Source: Hamiltosporidium tvaerminnensis FI-OER-3-3
Lineage: Eukaryota; Fungi; Microsporidia
DNA: 64,000 bases
Assembly (NCBI GenBank): GCA_022605425.2
Contig: JAKIMF020000001.1
Span: 682,001-746,000, forward strand
Direction: 5' to 3'
This document shows positions 50,745 through 63,535 of the stretch, piece by piece. The translations under genes were made by a program, and so were the position numbers. The number at the start of each line of letters is the position of its first letter. The first letter of the stretch is position 1. Below the pieces are notes generated by a model, which saw nothing but the letters and a program-made list of their open reading frames with translations, ran no database searches and was not told the DNA's origin.

Positions 50745-52248
50745 TTATAATTTTCGTTTTTTAACAACAATTTCATCAAGTGATTTATTTCTTTTATCAC
50801 ATTCTTTTTTAAAATACTTTTTAACTTTACTTATTTCATTTTTATGACTTTCAAAATGTTTAGAAACAGATTCCATAAACAAATTTTCTAATTCAAAAAT
50901 ATCTTTTCTAATTTCACTCACCTTTTCTAAAACTCTCTTTATTTCATTGAAATTATTTTCTTCAAATTTTATATTTTTACAATTCATTACATCTTTCTTC
51001 TCAAAATTTTCACCTTTTTATATTTTCTAGGTTTTCAATGTCTTTATTATTTACAAACTCTTTATTATTTATACTTTCAATTCTATTTTTTAATTCTTTA
51101 TTTTCTAAAAATAATTTTTTGATTTCGTTTTTCATTTCTTCTATATTTTCATTTACTTCTACATTTACTTCAGGTTTGTTTCCAATTTCTTTCACACCTC
51201 CAAGAAAATACAAAGTATTCAACGTATTGTGCATATAACTGATATCAGGAGTTATTGTACCAATTACAACTAAAAAAGTATTTCCTCCAAGACTATCTTT
51301 TAAAATATGTGTCAATTTAGAATCTCTATATGGAATATATTGTTTATCTTTTTGTGAAATTGAAATTGAAGAAAGATTTGAAATTACTTTTCCTAAAAAT
51401 AAAAGTGACTTATTTATATTTGAAGTTTCTTTTAGATTTATACTTTGTACTGGCAAATTTGTATCAGAAGTAGAATTACAATCGAAACCAATTAAATTCT
51501 CTTTTGTTCCAAGTCTTTCAGATCCAGCTAAATCTACAAAAGATAATTTGGAATATTGAGTTACATTTCCTTTTTTTGTTTCGATAATTATTGTAAATAT
51601 ACAGTGGCTTCTACTAGATTGTCGGTTGAAAGACGTACTTGAAGTACGTCTTGATTCTACAGCAGTGGTGTATAGTGTCATGCTTTCTTCGTATGTTTTT
51701 GGTTGATATACTGTAACGTTTTCTAAATATATTCCTTTGCTACAATCTTCGCGTATTATTATATCAGATTTTGATGGATTTAAAAGATCGTAAATTGTTT
51801 CGTTATAAATTTCAATAAAATACATTTTAAATGTTGTGTTTTCTACTGAAATTAACCGATTTGATTCTAAATTTTCATTAAAATTTTCTTTATTTTTTAA
51901 CGGATTTTCGGTACCCGAAAATATTTTATTTGCACAAAAATATTTTGTGTAAATGTACTTCAAGGTATGAGGGACAATACCAGGATTCTCTTTGGTACCT
52001 TGAATTGTATACGTCTTGCCACTGCCGGTCTGTCCATAAGCAAATATCGTGCAATTATAGCCTTGTAACGCTTTATTTACCAAATCTTTAGAACTCGTTT
52101 CAAAAATTTCTTGCTGATTAGATTTATAAAATATTCTGTCAAAATTATATGTCGTTTGGTTGAGAGAAATAGAATTTCTTGAAATTGAAGGTTTTTGAAT
52201 TGAAGATGGTTTTATTCTTAAAAATACATTTATATTGTTGTTTTGCAT
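50745..52248 (-). CDS. N-terminal motor kinesin with a coiled-coil tail, with one apparent +1 homopolymer insertion
   Basis: AYGQTGSGKT, IYNE, SSRSH, DLAGSE and PYRDSKLT motifs. Removing one base from the run at 51015-51019 fuses the 412 aa and 80 aa ORFs into 500 aa (..ENIKGENFEKKDVMNCK..). Confidence 0.92.
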
Positions 52249-52734
52249 TCTTTTATCTGTATTTTTTACGAAGGGCTCAGAGATATTTTTTAATCTTTTT
52301 AATATTTTTTTTAAAATTTCATTTTTTTTTGAAATTTTCTGCTTCCTTTTTTCAATTTTTTTACTTTTCGTTGTTTTGATATTTTCTGATAATTTCTGAA
52401 GTATTAAATTCGTTTAATTTTTATGTGCGTTTTTTGATTCTTTTAAATATTTTTTTTAATATCTATTTATTCATATATTTTCTGATCTAAAGTATGAAAT
52501 AATTTTTTTAAAATGTAAATTTATAATTTTATTGCATCTAAAATTTTTAATTCTACTTACATTTGCTTGATATAATTTTATTTGGTTATAAGATCTTATT
52601 ATTGACTAAAAAAGTCATAAATTTTATTTCAATCACATTAAAAATAGATCATAACTGTTCATATAAACACAATTAAATTTCTTAGTTAATTTATTTTAAT
52701 TTTATTTAATTATATTTGTAAAAAAAATATCTTC

Positions 52735-53456
52735 ATTTAAAAGTATCACATCTTTTTAAAACAATGGCAAGTTTATATATGTTTTCATGACATTAACGTA
52801 GTTTTAGGTTTAACATAAATTACTGCTACCCCAATACTCCATCAGTACCCCCTGCGATACCTACATCTCTTAGCCTTGCATCTACCAGGTCTGTAAAACC
52901 TAATACTTAGTGAGGCATTTGCCCATAGTTCGTTAATGTTCGTGCATGGTGTGTGATCTAATACTAAAGCCCCTAGCCCGGGCTCTCCCAAGACTATATA
53001 GCATATTCACTTGCTCTACACTTTCTAAACTTAATTGACTTCTAGCTAAGATGTATTTCAGAGACATATATGGGAACACCAAACAGCACAATGGCCTACC
53101 AACGGGTATAACCTGCTACTTAGCTTTCTCAGCTTTAAATGTGTTTTATTTATATATATCCCAGGCTCCGTGTCATTTACCTGAGTAGGAAGGCTAGGTT
53201 TCCATGCTTTTGCATGGAAATTACCTACATTTTCAACTGCTGTCTGCAATCTAGTTACATAAAAAACTACAAATAAATTTTTAGAAAAATTTTCGCCATT
53301 TCGTCGATCTTCTCCTCTTTAAACAAACTTCCATGAAATATCCGAAGATTGAGTGTGGTTCTATTCCCACCAAGAATCCAAACAATGATCTTCACAGCAG
53401 TTTCATTCACTAATTGCTAAGCAGATGGTTTTTTATGTGGTTATTCTCTATTCACC
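52735..53456 (-). repeat. Long structured non-coding repeat, family L copy C
   Basis: The reverse complement aligns end to end with copy B. Confidence 0.9.
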
Positions 53457-56400
53457 ATGTACCTATTAAATAAATCGCAAAAAATTCAAAATATTTATAT
53501 TTTATTTCCATTTCATAAATCAATTACTCGAGTATTCTTAGCTACAAAATGACATTACAGTCCATAAAGAGACCTAGGTTTATTTACTATCAACTTCTAG
53601 CTATCACGATCAAACGCTTATTTTTTCCATTCGTCTATACCAAGGTTGCCGAGATTTAGTTAAATTCAACATAATTGACTTATTTTTTTGTCTCTTCAGA
53701 AAATAAATATTTTCACTAGAATCTAAAAACGATGTCAAATGCTTAATTCAAAACCTTTCCCTACTATTCAAAATATAAAAATTTTACTTTTATCTGTCGT
53801 TTATACAATTAAGTTTCATGATATTCCTTTATTGAATTCTCATTCGCATATTTCTTTATTCAGTATCTCTTAGGGTAAATTTGGTACTTTTAATTTCATA
53901 AATTGAATTTTATTGTAATTCTATATTTTAAAGTCATCAACATATTTTCAAACTTAAAAGAATGTTTAAGTTTTGTTAAAAATCTAGTCAGCCTGTGATT
54001 GGTTCCAAATCTGCTATACTCATATTTATATTTTTTGCGTTTATATTAGTCACTTACTATTTAAAAAAACCCAAAAAAAAAATTTCAAGAAATGTTTTTT
54101 AAAATAAAATTTTCGCAAAATATTATATTTGCTTGTATATTAGTACTGCTTGTATTGCTCAATATTTGTGCCGACCAATCAAATCAAATAAAATATATTG
54201 CAATCTTATTCGATATAATATCTTACTGGTTTCTATAGAATATTAAAATTTATTTTTTTCAAATAATATCTATTTAGACCAAATAAATTTGTTAAAGTTC
54301 AACTAATTCATGTTTAATTATTTTTAACAATAATAATCATGTTTCTTTTAATTAATTCAATGCTTTGTTAAATATTACATAAAATTGAGTTAGAATAATT
54401 TCTGACTGGATTAGGATAAATCAGTTTTGATAATATTTCAAAAATCAATAGCCTCTTTAAAAAGTTAGCATAAATCGAAATCTTTTAGATCTGTTTATTT
54501 TAAAATATACTTAGTATAAGGCCTGAGAATAAATGATTTATCCTCTTGTAGTCGTGCAATGAATATTTTATTTCTATAAACCAAAGTATCAACCGATATT
54601 TATAGTTTAAGTAAAAATTAGAATTATGATTATTTATTTTGTTTTTTATATATTGAATCTAATCAAAATCCAAGCTCTTTCAGTTATTCCTGGATATAAT
54701 AATGTGAATCGAATAGTTAAATTTTTTTCTAAAATTTTGTGAATTTTACATATTTCGCAATGCTTCTTTGGGTTTGATTTTCATTGTTGTTATAATTGAA
54801 ATAATATTCAATTATTAATTTTATATTTGTAATTGTATATTAATGATACAATATACTATGTAGTATTTGGACTATAAGTACACAGTGATCATTTTATCTC
54901 AAATTCTTTAGTGATATATTGTAAAAAGACAATAGAATATTGGTGCTTATAAAAGCTTCAACTTAAATTCTACGTTTTTGAAACTATAATTTTATGCTCC
55001 AAAAGAATATTTTCTCTCATGATCATATCATAGTTAGCCTCTATTTAAAGCAATTTAATTTATAGGTTTATAGATTATTTGTTTTAAAAAAACCAATATA
55101 TTTTAAGCAGATTTTATCATAGTTAATACCAAAGAAACAATGGTAAGCTAATAAACACATATACTTTGCGCTTCGTTTAGTTAATGTTTATAAAAAACAT
55201 AAGGAAATTTGTAAATATTTAACAAACCATTTTTTTAAAAAAATATCTATTGCATTTCAAAAGATATACTGAATTCTAAATGAATTTCATTTAATAAATA
55301 TACCCAAATGTATGATAAATGAGATTTAAAATTATTCTATTTAAGTTTAAAATCCCTTGTTTTTGATTATCGTATGTTTCTGTATTAAATACGAATATTT
55401 GTATTTTCTCAGTGTTTTATGGTAGCGAAAAAACGTTTCTGTTCAACGAAAATCAAATTGTTGTCGAAATTTTATTTCTCACTGCAACTTACTGCCTGGA
55501 CATTTAATGTTTGAAAGAATCAATTGATTGTATTTAAATTATGAGCATTTTGTATTAGGTTTACACATTTATCGATTTAAAAAAATTCATCTTTATTTCT
55601 CTTCTTGTTTAGGATCAAAACATATAGATATTATGAAAATAATGATTATACATCAGATAACTGTTCACTTATACATTCTGGGGGTTTTTTAAACCTCATA
55701 TGAAATTTTCTTCGAACAAATTACATGATAGTCGTGTTGTGTACACTTTTAGCTCTTCATAAATTCTCAAAAAAGTTTTTATTTTTGATTTTAACAGGCA
55801 TTTTTTTTATTCGATGTAGTTAAATATTGTGTGTTTGTATATAATGATGTGTTTTTCAACTTATTTTTAAAAGATTTATTCGAAATCAGACATGAAGCTA
55901 CTAATTTGACAATTTCAAAGGAGGTTTTTTTATGAAAACAAAACTTGCAATATTATAAATATTTTTTTAATGTATTCTATTTTCAAAAAAGAAATAAATA
56001 TAAACTAAGTGCAACAGTCTTTATTTGAAAATCAGAAAAGAACTATTTTTGAATTTTAAAAGTTATTTAAAAAGCATCGATATTTAAAAAAGTCGTATAC
56101 AAGAAAATAATTCAGAATATTATCTCATGCAACTTTTAAACATAAAGTATAAAGCTTGGTTAATTTTTCTTGAAACATCTGTTACTATTCCTAGTTTTTT
56201 TATTAATTGTGAATTTTTGACCCAAATAATTACAAACTCTTTTTTATACATTAATTCTTTAATAATATTAATTTTAATATAGATAAAAATATAAATTTGT
56301 ATTTTTCTTAAACTTTTAGTGTAGAATATCTTTTTTTCTCATTTCTCGTAACACTTCTTAGAAATCTCTCAGCAGATGTTTGTTGAATTTTACGTTTTGA

Positions 56401-57860
56401 TATTTTTCTCATTAAGTTTTGATATACTATTCAATATAGTTCTTATTTAAATATACAACAGTTGAGGATGCGCATGTTGTAATATTCTTATTACAAAATA
56501 TTCTGACTATACTTTGAAAAAAATCTTAATAATCAAATACTTGTAATCTAATATTAAATCAGATATGTTTATACTTAAGAAAATCACAAAATACATATTT
56601 TCTACAGATTTCTAATACTTCACTTGTTCATTTATATCAAGCTTATCTAAAAGAACTTCTATATCGGGAAACATAATTTAGGAGAAATATTCATAAAAAT
56701 TTTACTTTATTTTTTCTGTTATATACATTTATTACAAAATATACAATGCTTTTTGGTATTTAAATGATTATTCAATGACTAAACGATAATCTTGGTTTTA
56801 CAGTGATTCAAATGGTTTTCATATTTTCCTTTTACCGGTGTTTTACATGTAAATATATAATTCTATTCTTTATGTTCTTGTTTTTTTCATAAAATTCAAC
56901 ACTAAACCAGAAGAAGTATCTTAAAAATAAACTTTTTGAAACTAATTTGTACTTGTTTAAATATTTAATTTGAAACATTATGATTAGAATAGGCTAATAA
57001 GTATAATAACAATAAAAATTAAAAATTTCATAGTTAGATAGTAAACTTATTTGCCGGTGATGTTTCGTTTGATTCATAAAAGATTGATATTAGTGGCAAC
57101 AATGAAATTATACTTTGAATTAAATAATTTATATATTTATATCTTTTTTTTTATATACTCATTTATTTTTAAGATTATAACAATTATGGAGATAGATTAG
57201 TTTTCACACGAATTATTATTTATTGTAAATTCAAATCTAATTATTTCATGTTGTTTTTAAAATTTTAAAATAAAAATTTCAATGTTTTATCCCGCTGAAT
57301 CGTTTCAAGTAAATAATAACGTAATAATCTAAAAATATTTTTTTTTATTTGAATGAAATATATCTTCGGAAACTTGCGCTCTTTCTTATAAAATTATCAA
57401 AGATGTAATCCTAAAAAATAAAATGTTCTATTGGTTTGTATCTAATTGTTTTTCTGATAATATTTAGATTCTGCTATATATTTTAAACATATATTCGCAT
57501 TTCGTTAATATTACTATTATTCCCTTGCTTAAATCTAAACTTATTTTGAACAATATAAATTAATCGAGTTACATAATATTTAAAAGCAAATATTCAACAA
57601 AATATTTTTAAACTAAAAGTATTCATGTCAGTTTTTTTTTCAAAAAGTCAATTTACCATTTATATATTCTTCCTATAGATAAATTAGATGTTGTTTTTTT
57701 AATACATAAAAAATGAGCTGTAATTTCGACAACTATTAGCGTTATCAGAAAATCTACATAATTCAGATAGCTATTTTAAGATAATATTTTGATAAATAGA
57801 TTATCGAATTACTATTTATAGTAATAAAATTTGTATAAATATCAAAAAAATAGTTACTCC

Positions 57861-59987
57861 ATGTTTTTCAATCTATTTGTTTGTTTAGAAATTTTGCATT
57901 GTTATACTGGCTTGAATGGTGATCCAACAATCGTTGAAAACTGTTGCATTGAAGTAGACCTTGTGCCACAGACGAATCATGAAATTTCTGGAATATTTCA
58001 AAGAATAGATTTTTTCTGTCTGCCAAACGAAGTAAGTGAATTGACTTCTGTTGCATCATACTATATTGAGTATGTTAAAAAACATACAAATTCTATTCAT
58101 CACAAATTTTTAACACGCTTCGTATGCTTGGTTGTCTTCTTCATACGTCCAAAGGATAAAACAGATCCAAACAAATACCAGACAGAGCTTCTCTTTAATA
58201 TTCTATCATTTGCAAAACTTTATGAATATAGCAGATGTAATAAAGAAATGAACGATATTGAAAAAGCAAGAATAGTTTCTCTTTTCAAAACCGGTATGAA
58301 GAATATATTCTATATTCATGAATCAGTGGAAAAAAGACCCGATAAAATAGAAATTCTCTGTCCCTTAACTATAAAAAATATCGAAACCAGTTGTGATCTT
58401 AATAGCGACCTGGATTTCCAAATACTAAAAAATACTTATGTCCTAGGTGAAAGAAACATAGGGTCAAATCTCAGTAATTATCTCAAATATGGGTCTTTTG
58501 AACAGATATATTCTTTATATTTATATTTAAAGCTTGATTTTCTATTGAGAAATTGGGAAGATTTGAATGATGAGGTTATTATCTTTCCTTTTCATCAAAT
58601 TTCTTTTAACGGAGATTTTTTTAAAAAGCTTTTGGCTCTTAATTTATCTTTAACAAAGGATTTATATCTAAAACTTGATCAAGTAAAATATAGAGAGGTA
58701 ATGATATTTATCGCTGAACCATACCTCAATACTGTTTTAAACCAATCCTCAAGTTTTGATTCCATTTTCGAATTTTCCGAAGAGACTTTTTTTAGTAAAG
58801 ATGAAAATATTTCTAAGGAATTCCCAAGATATCTTTTAGAATTTTTCATAGAAAAACCGTATGAAAATCAAATAAATTTGATTTATGGTTTTTTAGATGA
58901 TATATCTACACCACAGTTCAAAGAGTATATTCTTTTGGTTCTTTGTTTGAAATTTCCTTGTTTCAACCAAAAAATATGCAATAAAGAAATATTATTGAGA
59001 ATTATCTTAGAATGCATATTTTTAACTAATATTTTAAGCCCGGAAAATATTAATGTAAAGGGATTGATTTCAGAAGAAACCCTTGAGATTGATTTATGCG
59101 ATATTTTAGTAGAAAACGTACAAAATAAAAATATCGGAATCAAAATACCGAGTGATAGAAAAGAAATTATCCAAAGATATATTCCAGAGACATTTAAATT
59201 TTTAGAGAACATGATGATTATAATTAACTGTGCAAATCGATATTTATTCTCAAAAATAATTAGTTTAGTTAAGGAAAAATTACTGGGATTTAAATTGAAG
59301 ATTTCTGGTGCATTTTATAGCGATTTAGAAATTTATTTTACGTATTTTTTGACCTTGGAATTAAATAATACACTCAAAGCATCATCATCATTTAAACCCG
59401 TATCTCTACCTCTACCTAAACAAGAATCTCAACCTGAACAAGAAACCGGAATTAAAAGAGAACCTGAAACAAAACACATACCTGAAACTAAACGAGAAAC
59501 TGAACCTCAACCTCAACCCAAACCTGAATCTAAATCCTTACCCGAACCTGAATCTCAACCTGTGCAAGAAACTGAAACTAAACGAGTGCCTGAAACAAAA
59601 CGAGAACCTGCACCTAAACAAGTGCTTGAAACAAAACGAAAGCCCGAAACAAAAATAGAACCTGTTCCTAAGGCTATTCCCGCGAATAAAACCCTAAAAA
59701 ATGTCCACAAAACTAAAAACATACCGAACCTTCCATCGAACACCAAGGTTGAGCAAAAAAACAATGGAACTAACCCTGAAAATTTAACTGAAAAGACTAG
59801 AAGTAGCAAATTAAAAAAACAAGAATCAAAAATATTACAAAGTGAAACAGAATCCAAAGCATCAGAAGAAAAGCCCAAAAAAGAAAATAATGCATTTAGA
59901 ACGATCTTAATAGTGGTATTGGTTTTTACATCGGTTATTGGCATATCTGCGACCGGATATTGGATTTATCTTAAGCAATTTGAATAA
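57861..59987 (+). CDS. Lineage-specific predicted type I membrane/surface protein (708 aa)
   Basis: The ATG at 57861 opens a hydrophobic signal-like N-terminus (MFFNLFVCLEILHC). A P/E/T/K-rich repetitive stalk lies at ~59400-59700, followed by a C-terminal hydrophobic helix ILIVVLVFTSVIGISATGYWIYL and a 4 aa tail. Confidence 0.8.
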   Translation: MFFNLFVCLEILHCYTGLNGDPTIVENCCIEVDLVPQTNHEISGIFQRIDFFCLPNEVSELTSVASYYIEYVKKHTNSIHHKFLTRFVCLVVFFIRPKDKTDPNKYQTELLFNILSFAKLYEYSRCNKEMNDIEKARIVSLFKTGMKNIFYIHESVEKRPDKIEILCPLTIKNIETSCDLNSDLDFQILKNTYVLGERNIGSNLSNYLKYGSFEQIYSLYLYLKLDFLLRNWEDLNDEVIIFPFHQISFNGDFFKKLLALNLSLTKDLYLKLDQVKYREVMIFIAEPYLNTVLNQSSSFDSIFEFSEETFFSKDENISKEFPRYLLEFFIEKPYENQINLIYGFLDDISTPQFKEYILLVLCLKFPCFNQKICNKEILLRIILECIFLTNILSPENINVKGLISEETLEIDLCDILVENVQNKNIGIKIPSDRKEIIQRYIPETFKFLENMMIIINCANRYLFSKIISLVKEKLLGFKLKISGAFYSDLEIYFTYFLTLELNNTLKASSSFKPVSLPLPKQESQPEQETGIKREPETKHIPETKRETEPQPQPKPESKSLPEPESQPVQETETKRVPETKREPAPKQVLETKRKPETKIEPVPKAIPANKTLKNVHKTKNIPNLPSNTKVEQKNNGTNPENLTEKTRSSKLKKQESKILQSETESKASEEKPKKENNAFRTILIVVLVFTSVIGISATGYWIYLKQFE

Positions 59988-60202
59988 AGTTTTTTGGTGT
60001 TTATATTTTATAAAATTTGGTTTCTTTGAAAAAGAACTTTAAACAGCCTAAAAATAGAGAAGCATTTTCTAATTTAACTAGGCATTTTGCTCGTAGAAAC
60101 AAACATATTTTAAATTCATAAAAAAATTCTGAAAACAATCCTAAACTTTATTATCTAAGGTATAGTTTCCTAACCTTCTCAATCTGAATTTCTTATCCCC
60201 AC

Positions 60203-61023
60203 CACCTAGCCTGTTTCTCGTATATTTTTTTGGTCTTTCATTTACAAATTATGGCCCCCTTTGAACAATTTCTCAATAAAAATTTAGGCTTTTTAGAACC
60301 TGCATTTTCTCTTCATTTTTTTATATTTACTTCCAATTTTTCAGAGCTTCTGCTTCGGCTTAAATATTATCTCTGTTCACTTTCCGCCTATTTTTATTCA
60401 TTTAGTTCCTTTTTCTCAAAAAAATATTTTGTTGTAAAGTGTTTTATTTTTCTGTAAAACCCGTTTTTTTTAACGATATGCTTATTTGTTAATTTATTTA
60501 TGTATAAATTCATATACATTTAAATTAAAAACCTTACAATTTCTTCAAGTATAAAGTTCCAGCAAGATATTCAACAAAAATTATTTTGTGCAATTATTAT
60601 TGAGAATATAAATATTTTACACTGAAGAATAATAGAAAGCATCAATCTTGTCATACAATTTTTTATCTAACTGCAAATTCTTAGGAAATAAATCTTAGCC
60701 AAGGGATTTAATTTTTTTTAAACGAATTCCTTAAAATATGAAATAAAAATATTTATTTGTTTTTCCTTCCATATTAATAAAGTCTAGAAACGATTTTTAC
60801 AATTTTTATTTTTAATATTTTTAATATTTTTTTGAACCAATAGAATTTTTTTAATTGTTTTGTGTTCACTTCTACTCACCATTATTGGTTGTGTTAGATT
60901 TATGAACAAATAGAAAGAGCCATATCTAATTAAACCGCTCTTATTGGTGTCTTGTAGTGTTTTAACTAATTAAACTTTCGAGCTGAGTCATTTCGTCGGC
61001 ATCGGGACTTACTGAATTATATA
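60203..61023. repeat. ~0.8 kb dispersed repeat, family F copy 2
   Basis: Collinear with 20786-21573, in the same orientation. Confidence 0.8.
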
Positions 61024-62419
61024 AATAATAACTTACAAATTATAAATTTTTTAGAGAATTTAAAAATTTAATGAATCATTTTTTTTAATAATTTTTTTCA
61101 TTTGGCTTAGTTTGCCAGACAAAAATTTCGTAAAAAGAACAGCGATTTTGCCTTCAATGGTTATATCTATTATGCCATTTAATATGAATTATTTTCGTGT
61201 TTATTTCTAACTTTTAAAGATCTTTTGAATATTATCCATCTAATTTATATTTCAAATCATTAAGAAAAATTATTCGGAATAAAGAAGCAGCTAAAATAAA
61301 TATTTCCGAATTCCTGAAAAACTTATATATATTCTGTGACACGCCATAAATTATAAATTGGATGATTTTGTTAATTTATATATTAATAGTACCGAATTTT
61401 AACGTATTTTTCTAAATAAACATTAATATGTGTTTTTTAGGCAATAGGACCTGTACTGTTCTAGGTCTGCTTAAAAAGTATACATAAATTATTTATAAGT
61501 TACAATATCAAACAATAAATATATTTTATAAGCGAAACCTTCTAAAAAATGATTAATTGATGGATAAAATAACATGTGAAAATCTTCAGAATTTTATAGC
61601 AAAAAATCATGTGAATACATCATACGGGGAAAGAAAAATTTTACACATTTAAATGTCTACCTGAAATAGATTTCAATAAAACTTATAATGAAACTAACAA
61701 GGTATCCTTCTATGTATTTTTGAGATGAATTCCCTATAATAATATTTCAGAGTATATTTTGCAATATTTAATAAAATCTTAATTCTAAATATTTTATATG
61801 TTAAAAGAATAAGAAATAATACAAAGTTTTTATGCCTTATTAAAAATATAAAAAACTAATGATTTACGATATATGAGACTCACACAGTACATATAATCAG
61901 AAATAAGTCCGTTAATATGTTTAAGGTCTTTGAGAAAGAATAAATTTATTATCGTTGATTCGAATGATAGAACAAAAATAAAGTCTGCCTAAACATAACT
62001 CAGTCAAAATGGAACGGTGAGAGGAAGAGAATAGCCGAAAAACATTATATTGAATAATATTCATAAAAAAACACTAAAAATAAAATTTGTTGTCATATAA
62101 ATGCACATTTACAATATCTGAATGTAAAATATTATTTTACAGTGAAGTAAGTAAGAGACAAAATTTTATAATTATTTTACTGTAAGTTCAAACTAAATAT
62201 AAAAATTTATATGAAAATTGATTCAAATATGTTTTCTATTTAGGTAAATCAAAATGTTCGATTTCGATAATATATGTCGTTATGAATTATTAGGAACTGA
62301 TGATAGCTAGATTTGACTTAAATATACACAAAAAATAGCTTCATTTTTATTTATCACTTGGTCTTTTGAATTCTTTTATCTTTGTCTGTATTTTTAGTTT
62401 TAAATTTTGTTTATAAAAT

Positions 62420-63131
62420 TTAACAGTATCACATCTTTTTAAAACAGTGGCAAGTGTTATATTTGTTTCCGGGACATTAACGCTGTTCTGGGTTTAAGAT
62501 AAATTATCTCTACCTCAACACTCCATCGGTACCTCCTTAGATACTTACGTCCCAGAGCCTTTGCTCTACCAGGTGTGTAGAACCTAATTAATAGGCGAGG
62601 GGTTTGCTCGGAGTTCGTTAATGTCCGTTGCATGGAGTGTGATCGAAGAACTCCGAGCTCTTCGAGGACTATGCAGCATTCCCACTTACTCTACACTTCC
62701 CGAACCAAATATACCTTTTAGATACGATATATTAGAGATTTAAATCGGGTCTACCTAGACATTGCAATGTCATACCAACAAGTATAACCTGCTAGTTAGC
62801 TCCCCCGGCTTTTACTGGTTTTATTTTTATATCTCCTAGGCGCCAAGTCTTCTAACTCGAGTGAGCAAGGTTTGATTTCCATGCTTTTACATGGCAATTA
62901 CATACATGTTCAACTGCGGCCTTTGATCGAGTTACACAAAAAACTACAAGCAAATTTCTAGAAAAAGTTTCGCCATTTCGTCGGCCTTCTTCTCCTTAAA
63001 CAAACTCCCACTGAACAAACGAAGATGTAGTGTGGTTCTATTACCACCAAAAATCCAAACAATGATCTTCACAGCTATTTCACACACTCATTGCCAAGCA
63101 GAAAGTTTTTATGTGATTATCTTTTCTCCAC
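62420..63131 (-). repeat. Long structured non-coding repeat, family L copy D (best-preserved pairings)
   Basis: The reverse complement aligns with copy B and contains perfect internal complementary segments of 9-11 bp. Confidence 0.9.
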
Positions 63132-63535
63132 AATTTGTAAAAAAATTAAATAGTTATTTCTATTTAATGAATTTTCGGGTTAAAATGTTTTAAGGTTTTT
63201 AGGCGTTTTCTTCTACCTCTTTTACTACTACCGTTCCTAACTGCAAATAAAATATTAAATTTATGAAAATTTTTCAGTTATAAAAATGTTTAAATGATTT
63301 ATTCGATTTAGTAAATTTTTTTGTTATCTTTATGGTTTTATTTTATTAAGGATTATGTCATAACAATACCAGTTGATGTCATTCCTGAATACTTCATATA
63401 TTTTTAATATTTTATATTTACGTAATCGTTAGTATTTCAATCTAAATAATAATTTTTTTCCTTTGTAATATCTCATATTTTATTAATTTATTGGTTAAAA
63501 TTATTTTACTTAAATAAACTATGTTGTACGAGTAT

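Noticed and set aside
48891-53249. Short ORFs inside family L (48891, 49018, 53058)
   Set aside because: Their frames are not preserved between copies, which have indels and stops.
54300-57100. Possible decayed secreted-protein gene on the minus strand (MKFLIFIVIILISLF* near 57030)
   Set aside because: There is no sustained frame or recognisable motif, and hydrophobic peptides arise by chance in AT-rich DNA.
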